Origin: a virus
IMG/VR virus record: IMGVR_UViG_3300020190_000032
Location: 1 to 64,000 of that record
Length of the DNA stretch: 64,000 nucleotides
Reading direction: 5' to 3' (one strand)
Positions 54,712 through 61,891 of the stretch are shown piece by piece; the first letter of the stretch is position 1, and the number at the start of each line of letters is the position of its first letter. The translations under genes and the position numbers were made by a program. The notes below the pieces were generated by a model. The model was not told where the DNA came from. It ran no database searches and worked only from the letters and a program-made list of their open reading frames with translations.

Positions 54712-55596
54712 ATGACAGACTTCAAGGCGGAGGTTTGTTATTTTCAGCAAGACGGTGAATATCGTCGCCAAGCCGGTGAAAGCCAGTCGCACCTGAAATC
54801 AATACTGCTTAGTCCAGCCCATTACCAAGCCAACAGGAAACGTCGCTTTAGGGCGTCTTCTGTCATGACCATTGGCACTGCTACACATTGCAGGGCCTTA
54901 GAGGGCGACCAAACATTTGAAAACAGTTTTGTCCTGAAGCCTGAAAATGTAAAATATACTACAAAAGAAGGCCGAGAGTGGCGTGACTCACAAGGGAATA
55001 AAACCATTCTCGTAAATGACGGGATTGACCATCAATGGGATTGTGTAATGGGTATGACCGAGGCCCTGAGAAAGATGTCTTGGTTCGATCCGTCTCAGAA
55101 AGATTACAGAAAATACAACGAAGTATCTTTCTACTGGGAAGAGATGGGCATTCCTTGTAAGGCAAGGCTTGATAGGATTCTTGTGACTGATGACGAAGTT
55201 CATGTTATCGACTTAAAGACCACGGATTCAATTTCTGTGGAAAAGTTTCAGAGTAAAGCAGTTGACCTTGGCTACGATTTTCAGGCGGGCTGGTATTCAC
55301 ATGCCGCTGAATTGGTGTACGAAAAGCCGGTCAGATTTACTTTTGTTGCAATTGAACGCAATGAGCCATGGTCTGTTGGCATTTTTGAGGTGCCACAAGA
55401 CATGATGCAAGAAGCTAGGCGTAAAAACGAAAAAGCACTCAAGACCTTAAGGAAATGTTTGGATACTGGGGAGTGGCCAGGCATCCTTCCAGTCCCTAAA
55501 ATCCTTGAGTACCCGCGCTGGTACACACCAATTTCCGATACAGTTAACCTAGAACCTGCCAACAGCAATAGCAATGACTTCGTCCCACTTTTCTGA
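54712..55596 (+). CDS. RecE/exonuclease VIII-like PD-(D/E)XK nuclease
   Basis: SQSHLK, GTATH, CKARLDR, IDLKTT, YDFQAGWY. Confidence 0.88.
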   Translation: MTDFKAEVCYFQQDGEYRRQAGESQSHLKSILLSPAHYQANRKRRFRASSVMTIGTATHCRALEGDQTFENSFVLKPENVKYTTKEGREWRDSQGNKTILVNDGIDHQWDCVMGMTEALRKMSWFDPSQKDYRKYNEVSFYWEEMGIPCKARLDRILVTDDEVHVIDLKTTDSISVEKFQSKAVDLGYDFQAGWYSHAAELVYEKPVRFTFVAIERNEPWSVGIFEVPQDMMQEARRKNEKALKTLRKCLDTGEWPGILPVPKILEYPRWYTPISDTVNLEPANSNSNDFVPLF

Positions 55597-56239
55597 TTGC
55601 AAGCTCGTTAGCATTACTCCCAATGCGGAAGAACAACTTGTGTTCTTTGCTCGGGTTAGTAATCCGAAGGGCCAAGACAACAAGGATACGGCTCCTAAAT
55701 TAATTAAATACTTAATCACTCATAAGCATTGGTCGCCATTTCAATTGGCAGACATGACCATTGAGATTAATACAACAAGAGCAATCTCTGCGCAGATTTT
55801 GCGACATAGGGCCTTTACATTCCAAGAATTTTCTCAGCGATATGCTGACGTTGGACTTCTTGGGGCACCAATTGTGCCGCACCTTAGAGCGCAAGATTTT
55901 AAAAACCGTCAAAACAGTACGGATGACTTAGCGGAAAGACTTGGAGCGGAAAAGCTCAGCTCTTTCTATAGAAGAATTTCTAACTTATTTGAGGAATCGG
56001 AGCATCTTTACGGTGAGATGGTTTCTGTCGGCGTGGCAAAAGAATGCGCAAGGAGTATTTTACCCTTGGCATCGCGAACTCGCTTGTATATGCATGGTTC
56101 AGTGCGTGATTGGATACATTATCTACAGGTTCGCAGTGGAGTTGAAACTCAACTTGAACATCGGGAGATTGCTTTAGCAATTCTTGAGATCTTTAAGCAG
56201 CAATTACCAAACACCTATGAGGCCGCATTCGGATCCTGA
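55574..56239 (+). CDS. thyX: Flavin-dependent thymidylate synthase
   Basis: HWSPF, QILRHRAFTFQEFSQRY, KECARSILP, TQLEHR. Confidence 0.97.
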   Translation: MTSSHFSDCKLVSITPNAEEQLVFFARVSNPKGQDNKDTAPKLIKYLITHKHWSPFQLADMTIEINTTRAISAQILRHRAFTFQEFSQRYADVGLLGAPIVPHLRAQDFKNRQNSTDDLAERLGAEKLSSFYRRISNLFEESEHLYGEMVSVGVAKECARSILPLASRTRLYMHGSVRDWIHYLQVRSGVETQLEHREIALAILEIFKQQLPNTYEAAFGS

Positions 56240-56241
56240 AA

Positions 56242-56430
56242 ATGTTAAAACCCAAAGTTTATCCGGTTCTGCTGCAGGCAATTGAAGAAGGAGTTCTTTA
56301 TGGTTATAACAGGGCTCATAAGCATGTTGAAAAACCAGATGATATTCTTCTTGTAGATACCATTGTTAAATGCACCATGGAAGCGGTGCTGGAGTGGTTT
56401 GAGATTGAGGATAGCAATATGGCATCCTAA
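56242..56430 (+). CDS. Hypothetical protein
   Basis: AIEEGVLYGYNRAHKH...EWFE. Confidence 0.65.
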   Translation: MLKPKVYPVLLQAIEEGVLYGYNRAHKHVEKPDDILLVDTIVKCTMEAVLEWFEIEDSNMAS

Positions 56431-56450
56431 CGGGATTCATAAATTAACTA

Positions 56451-57038
56451 GTGGCAGGTCATTGCTACGATTTCCGCAGGGGATACGAGATTAGAACCAA
56501 ATATGGTAAGCATGAAAATGCTAACCAATTTAAAGCGTTCCAAGAATACTTAAGGATGGGCGCTAATCGCTCATTTGAACCTGTAGCAAAAACTGCAAGT
56601 GTAGATTCAAGTACAGTTCGTACTTGGGCTAAAAAGTTTGAATGGGAAAAAAGAGCAGCTCAATGGGATAAAGAGCAGGTTGCTATGACTTGGCGTGATG
56701 CAGATAAGATGCGCGAAAGGCGTCATAAGCAATCTATTATTGAATTTAGAGATGCATCTGAGCGGCAAGCTCGTATGATGATGGAAATCTCTGAAGACCT
56801 TCTTTGCGTTCTAACTAAAAGAGTTAAAGATGCTCAAGATCGAGGCGAGGAGGTCCCAATGGCTCTTGTTTCTGGTTTGCTTCGTGCAACGGCTAACATC
56901 ACAGAGCAATCGAGACAAGCCTGGGCATCTGCCTTAGGTGTGGAGGATATGCTACAGCTTGTGGAGCAGGAACTTGAACGAGTTACAGTCGAAGAGATTG
57001 ACGAAGTAGATGATGATATAATTGAGTTAGACGAATAA
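56451..57038 (+). CDS. Putative terminase small subunit
   Basis: AFQEYL.MG..RS HTH and WAKKFEWEKRAAQWD; upstream of the large subunit; late motif at 56421-56429. Confidence 0.75.
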   Translation: MAGHCYDFRRGYEIRTKYGKHENANQFKAFQEYLRMGANRSFEPVAKTASVDSSTVRTWAKKFEWEKRAAQWDKEQVAMTWRDADKMRERRHKQSIIEFRDASERQARMMMEISEDLLCVLTKRVKDAQDRGEEVPMALVSGLLRATANITEQSRQAWASALGVEDMLQLVEQELERVTVEEIDEVDDDIIELDE

Positions 57039-57043
57039 AACAA

Positions 57044-57214
57044 ATGGAAGATCAAAAATTAAGAGTCATTGAAAACGAAGACGGCAGTCTCACTATTGAA
57101 TGGGACGAAGATCATCCGTTTGCTTCCATTTTTGAAAGCTGGACTGAGGATGACTGGGTTGAATCTATTCGCCTTGGCAGTGAAAGAGCCAAGGAACTAG
57201 AAAATGGCCAATAA
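57044..57214 (+). CDS. Small acidic protein (56 aa, not in ORF track)
   Basis: RVIENEDGSLTIEWDEDHP...WTEDDW, similar to 7067..7267. Confidence 0.65.
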   Translation: MEDQKLRVIENEDGSLTIEWDEDHPFASIFESWTEDDWVESIRLGSERAKELENGQ

Positions 57215-58724
57215 ACTCGGCAGGGATTACTTACAAAAATCAGCAAGATCTCAGGGGATGCTTAAAGCCCTGAGAGAAAAGAAGCTGCAATTAAAAGAGA
57301 AAGGGGAACGAATACTTCTTCATAAATTCATCAAAGAAGTTTATCCAAATTACAAGTTCTATAAATTTCACGCCGTATTAATTAAACAACTTCAACGGAT
57401 TATTGACGGAGAATGCACAAGGCTAATTTTGCAGGTTCCGCCAAGAACGGGGAAAAGTCTTCTCAGTTCTCAGTTACTTCCTGCTGCATACCTGTTGGCG
57501 CATCCAGATCGGTTTGTAGGTATATCTTCTTATTCGGCAGAACTTAGTCAAGGATTCTCCCGCAAGGCTAGGGACTTCTTTAAAGAAGCTGGAGGGCAGC
57601 TAGACCCCACCTCTCAGGCCGTGAATGCCTGGGGGACCCAGGGCGGTGGTGGTTTATGGGCGGCAGGTGTTGGGGGTGCCATTACGGGCCGTTCTGGCCA
57701 CCTCCTCATTATTGATGACCCCGTTAAAAACAGGGAAGAAGCCGAAAGTCCTCGTTTGATGGAAAAGCTTTGGGACTGGTATGCATCAACCCTGTATACA
57801 CGTTTGGAGCCTGAGGTTGGATCTATTGTTGTCATTCAGACTAGATGGTCTGAAACAGACATGATTGGACAACTTATTGAAAACGAGCTTAATGTAAGCG
57901 AACGAGGTAGAGAGAATTGGACTATTGTTGATTTACCTGCATTGTTTGAGGATGAAGGAAGTCGTCCACCCTTACCTGGGCATTGTGAAGTAGTGCCCGA
58001 TTGGCGAGAAGAAGAAGGTCAGGCATTATGTCCTCAAAGGTATGACGAGGAAGATTACGAAAGGATTAGGGAAGCAATTGGAGCGCGAGAATTTGCCTCG
58101 CTTTATCAACAAAGACCCGCCCCGGTTGGCGGTAACATGTTCAATCCTGATTGGTGGCAATATTATGAACATGATACAATTATGCCGGATTTTAGCAGAA
58201 TAATGCTTTCTGTTGACTGTACCTTTACGGACGCAAATACGAGTGACTTTGTTGTCGGCGCTGTTATTGGCCAAGCGGGTAATTCATTTTATGTTTTAGA
58301 TTTATTTAGGGAAAAAACTGACGTTATTGGCACTATGTCAATGATTTCAAGAATGTACAAACGACACGTCCTTGACGGAACAGTTATTGAACTTGCTGCA
58401 AGTGGTTATGCTGTTTATCAAATGGCCAAAAAGAAAATTCCAGGATTGATTGGATTCAAGCCAGAAAAGAGCAAAGAGGCTAGGGCTGCTGGCATTGTTC
58501 CTGTGGTTGAAGCTGGAAATGTCTATTTGCCCGCTAGCGCTCCTTGGCTTGATGCCTTTATATCAGAATTTAGTTTGTTCCCAGCGGCAAAAAATGACGA
58601 CCAGGTTGACGCTGTGACAATGGCGATCAACTATTGCCTTCAAAGAACCGCACCTCAGTTGACTCAGGTTACTTGGGGTAGGGGCACAAGATATATTGAT
58701 GAAGGCAGTATCTATAACTCATAG
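57204..58724 (+). CDS. Terminase large subunit
   Basis: Walker A PPRTGKS, Walker B LLIIDDP, QTRW, LYQQRP, nuclease motif DDQVDA. Confidence 0.96.
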   Translation: MANKLGRDYLQKSARSQGMLKALREKKLQLKEKGERILLHKFIKEVYPNYKFYKFHAVLIKQLQRIIDGECTRLILQVPPRTGKSLLSSQLLPAAYLLAHPDRFVGISSYSAELSQGFSRKARDFFKEAGGQLDPTSQAVNAWGTQGGGGLWAAGVGGAITGRSGHLLIIDDPVKNREEAESPRLMEKLWDWYASTLYTRLEPEVGSIVVIQTRWSETDMIGQLIENELNVSERGRENWTIVDLPALFEDEGSRPPLPGHCEVVPDWREEEGQALCPQRYDEEDYERIREAIGAREFASLYQQRPAPVGGNMFNPDWWQYYEHDTIMPDFSRIMLSVDCTFTDANTSDFVVGAVIGQAGNSFYVLDLFREKTDVIGTMSMISRMYKRHVLDGTVIELAASGYAVYQMAKKKIPGLIGFKPEKSKEARAAGIVPVVEAGNVYLPASAPWLDAFISEFSLFPAAKNDDQVDAVTMAINYCLQRTAPQLTQVTWGRGTRYIDEGSIYNS

Positions 58725-58752
58725 TGATACACTGGTATAAATAGTTATTTAA

Positions 58753-59379
58753 ATGGCACGCAAAGCCAGGCAGTTTCAATTATCAAAAGAGCAACAAAAG
58801 TTAGCCTCTGATAATATCAACTTAGCTCGCCGTGAAGCTTGGCGGCTACAAAGAACAACTGACATCGATTACGATACCCTTGAGGGCGCTGCGCTGGAAG
58901 GATTATGCAAGGCGGCGTACAGATATGATCCTTCTTCTGGTTATAAGTTCAGCAGCTTAGCGGTCCCCACAATTAGAGGAGAACTTCTTCACTGGATTAG
59001 AGATAAAACATATTCAATGCGTTTGACGCACAAGATGCGTGAGACATGGATCAGAGGCAGAAAGTTATTATATAAAGGATTCTTGGATGACGAGATTGCA
59101 AAGGCTCTGGAAATAACCTCTGAAGAATGGCAGGAAATTAAAGGCGTTTGCTCCGGCCCGCCACTTGAGTTGAACGATCAAGCCAATCCAACAGAGTCAC
59201 TTGAGCCAGAGGAAATTAATTTTGCAGAAAGGTTTCAGGTATTAACCAAAATGGGATGGAGTCAAATGACGGAGCAGGAGCAGCAAATGATTTCAAATTA
59301 TTTCAACAACCCTTCGACTCGCATACCGTACAATCAGGTAAAGGCTTTTACTGAAAACTCAATTCGATTTGATGTCTAA
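58753..59379 (+). CDS. Second sigma-70 family factor (SigF/SigB-like, group 3)
   Basis: DNINLARREA and GLCKAAYRYDPSSGYKFSSLAVPTIRGELLHWIRD; region 4 looks degenerate. Confidence 0.88.
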   Translation: MARKARQFQLSKEQQKLASDNINLARREAWRLQRTTDIDYDTLEGAALEGLCKAAYRYDPSSGYKFSSLAVPTIRGELLHWIRDKTYSMRLTHKMRETWIRGRKLLYKGFLDDEIAKALEITSEEWQEIKGVCSGPPLELNDQANPTESLEPEEINFAERFQVLTKMGWSQMTEQEQQMISNYFNNPSTRIPYNQVKAFTENSIRFDV

Positions 59380-59424
59380 AATCTTTATTTAGTCTCACTT
59401 TGAGACGTTGCAGTCCGCGATGAC

Positions 59425-61032
59425 GTGGATACACTGCAAATATTAAAAGGACTCGGTTTGGCGCTTTCAGAGGAAACGATAGAAAAGATTAAGAGCCTGA
59501 CGGTTTCTGCCGTTCTTGAAAAAGAAGGTGTATTTCTTAAAAGAGTAGGAAGAGAATTCGTTACACATTGTATTTGGCATAAAGATAAAAATCCATCTCT
59601 TACGATCTCAGACGAAAAAGGTTTCACTTTTTGTCACGTCTGCAGAGAGGGTGGTGATGTAATCAGTTTCATTAAGAAGAAGTATGGCTTAAATTTCAGG
59701 GAGGCTTGTGAAAGGATTGCAGCATCAAATAATATACAGGTTATCTACAAGGACGAAGATCCCGGTGTAGCAATTGAGAAAAAGAAAAAAATCGATGCCG
59801 CATTGCATGAAGCTCATCAAAAACACGAGTATTTTAGGTCGACATTAAAGCAGAGTGAAACTGCTATTAATTTTATTAAACAGCGTGGTATTTTACCTGA
59901 AACTTCTAGGCAGTTCAGTCTCGGTTATGACCCAAAAGAAAATCGACTTGTAATACCTATTAAAGATTACATGGGTAGAGTTGTTGGCTTTAGCAGAAGA
60001 GCAATCGGAGATGATAGGCCAAAATATAAAAACACTGAAAATAATCTCATTTTCAATAAGTCAGAAATTGTTTTCAACGAATATGATGCAATGGAGTCGA
60101 TGCGCTCCGAAGGGCAATGTATTTTCGTAGAAGGTCATATTGATGTCATTTCGATGTGGCAAGCTGGCATTAAAAATGTTGTTGCTTTGCAGGGTACTGC
60201 TTCTCCATCTGACAATGTTATACAGCGAATGATGCGCAGAACAAATAGTTTTGTTCTTTGCATGGATGCTGATGAGGGCGGTGAAAAAGCTATAGGAATA
60301 TTTTTAAACGCAGTTAAGTCTTTGACGTTATCTGGAAAGCTTGACGTAAAAATAGCTTCAATATCCGGCGGCAAGGACCCAGATGAAGCAATAAAAAATG
60401 GTTTTAATATTCAGGATGCTATTGACAATGCTATTCCATGGCTTGATTGGATTCTTGATAAATGGCTTTTAAATTTAGACTTTACTAATACATCAAAAAT
60501 TCAAGAAGTTGAAAGTAAAGTCAAAGAACTTATTTCAAATATAACCAGTTCGGCTTTACGGGCTCATTATTTTGACAAGGCGGCAATTCGGCTTGCTCAG
60601 AACAAACAAAATGTCGCGGCGGAAATACTTAAAAATCTTCAGTCAGATACCTCTTGCACACCGGGACAAAGGGTTTGGAGAAGGCCGGATAAATATTGGA
60701 CTCGCTCCATTGTGGAAAAAAGATTACTTCGTCTTTATATCCATCAGCCATCTTTGCGGTTTATGCTTGGATCATTAATGGATAACTTGATTAATCCGGA
60801 TATGATCTGGCTTTGGAGTAGGATAAAAGAGCTTGAAGGGCAGTCTTTGGTTGACTGCACTCCTTATAGCGTTATGGCTATACTTGCAGTTGCTGAGCCT
60901 AGGTACTTACAAAAGTTAAGGCCACTTGCAAGGCCAACTGTGAAAGTTGACGATTCTGATCAAGTCTTGATTCATATTGAAGACGTAATGACAAAGTCGA
61001 TTACTGAAGAAATCGAAGGCACACTATCCTGA
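59425..61032 (+). CDS. dnaG: DNA primase (start may be TTG at 59458)
   Basis: CHC2 zinc finger (CIWH...CHVC), PKYKNT, TOPRIM VEGHIDV and MDADEGG. Confidence 0.95.
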   Translation: MDTLQILKGLGLALSEETIEKIKSLTVSAVLEKEGVFLKRVGREFVTHCIWHKDKNPSLTISDEKGFTFCHVCREGGDVISFIKKKYGLNFREACERIAASNNIQVIYKDEDPGVAIEKKKKIDAALHEAHQKHEYFRSTLKQSETAINFIKQRGILPETSRQFSLGYDPKENRLVIPIKDYMGRVVGFSRRAIGDDRPKYKNTENNLIFNKSEIVFNEYDAMESMRSEGQCIFVEGHIDVISMWQAGIKNVVALQGTASPSDNVIQRMMRRTNSFVLCMDADEGGEKAIGIFLNAVKSLTLSGKLDVKIASISGGKDPDEAIKNGFNIQDAIDNAIPWLDWILDKWLLNLDFTNTSKIQEVESKVKELISNITSSALRAHYFDKAAIRLAQNKQNVAAEILKNLQSDTSCTPGQRVWRRPDKYWTRSIVEKRLLRLYIHQPSLRFMLGSLMDNLINPDMIWLWSRIKELEGQSLVDCTPYSVMAILAVAEPRYLQKLRPLARPTVKVDDSDQVLIHIEDVMTKSITEEIEGTLS

Positions 61033-61049
61033 CGGTAACACCATGAACA

Positions 61050-61277
61050 ATGGGGCTGTACTTTCTTTATCTGACGCTCATCTGTTTAGCCATTTTTTAT
61101 CCTGTCGATGCGGCCATTGCTGCTGAGACCATCTGGTTGAAGGTGAAAATCTTTTTTCTGGATGCCGTTTTGCTTATTCAGTCCTACATTATTTACCGTA
61201 AACTGAAAGCGGATTTTGAGAGGATGCAAATTCCTGTTCCTCCTTTCCGCTTTACCTCAATACAGGAACGACACTAA
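61050..61277 (+). CDS. Small membrane protein
   Basis: Two hydrophobic segments. Confidence 0.55.
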   Translation: MGLYFLYLTLICLAIFYPVDAAIAAETIWLKVKIFFLDAVLLIQSYIIYRKLKADFERMQIPVPPFRFTSIQERH

Positions 61278-61426
61278 TGTCCAAGAAGACTGCCACCGTA
61301 TTTGAATCTGCGCCTCCTAAGCGAACAAGAATTGGTGACGGCCGAAGGGTCAGAACCCGTCTGGCACAAGGTCGTACAAAGCGCAGTCCTAAGCGTAAAT
61401 TCTACAGAGGACAAGGTAAGGGTTGA
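61277..61426 (+). CDS. Small basic YRGQG-motif protein (not in ORF track)
   Basis: PKRTRIGDG...KFYRGQGKG; TAATG coupling. Confidence 0.7.
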   Translation: MSKKTATVFESAPPKRTRIGDGRRVRTRLAQGRTKRSPKRKFYRGQGKG

Positions 61427-61429
61427 GTC

Positions 61430-61744
61430 ATGATTAGTAACGAGGGGCAGTACATCAAGAAAGTCTGTGACGAAGTTCATCTTCTGCTTTTAGAAGATCG
61501 AATTGCTGAGGCTGCCTCTCTGTTGTTTGAAATTAACAAAGAAGACAGCAGCTTTTGGTATAAAGCTAAAATTGCTTTATACAAATCTGCTGTAGGGCAT
61601 CGCGAGCTATTCGTGATAGCAAGCCTCATTGGCGTGGCAGAAAAGGACGAACTTGACCAGTCCTACCATTTAGTGCCAGGTCTATTTGCACTTCGCAAAC
61701 AAAATCATGATCACTCAAAAGGATTCATCCCACCAAAAGGATGA
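61430..61744 (+). CDS. Hypothetical protein
   Basis: 104-aa ORF. Confidence 0.5.
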   Translation: MISNEGQYIKKVCDEVHLLLLEDRIAEAASLLFEINKEDSSFWYKAKIALYKSAVGHRELFVIASLIGVAEKDELDQSYHLVPGLFALRKQNHDHSKGFIPPKG

Positions 61745-61841
61745 GCCAGTTAAGGATTTAGACCAAGAACGTGCTGACTTTTGGCAGAAAAAGTGCCTTG
61801 AAGAGCCAGCTTGCATTGGTTGCAAAATTTATGATTTATAA
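61707..61841 (+). CDS. Short CP12-like protein (44 aa, not in ORF track)
   Basis: C-terminal FWQKKCLEEPACIGCKIYDL fits the CP12 pattern C-x3-P-x4-C-(R/K)-x-Y-D. Confidence 0.6.
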   Translation: MITQKDSSHQKDEPVKDLDQERADFWQKKCLEEPACIGCKIYDL

Positions 61842-61891
61842 GGAAATTTGTAGCCAACGCCGGTAGACTGTATCTACCGATCATCACACGG

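Larger units (their letters stand above)
1767..56429 (+). promoter_or_regulatory. Dispersed late-promoter-like motif GGHANN(C/A)TA, about 20 copies
   Basis: Copies begin at 1767, 8668, 9766, 11421, 12384, 13142, 21787, 25507, 31795, 33847, 34672, 35767, 36203, 37250, 38813, 40000, 44438, 45025, 45419, 45973 and 56421; most end 18-23 nt before a start codon. Confidence 0.75.
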
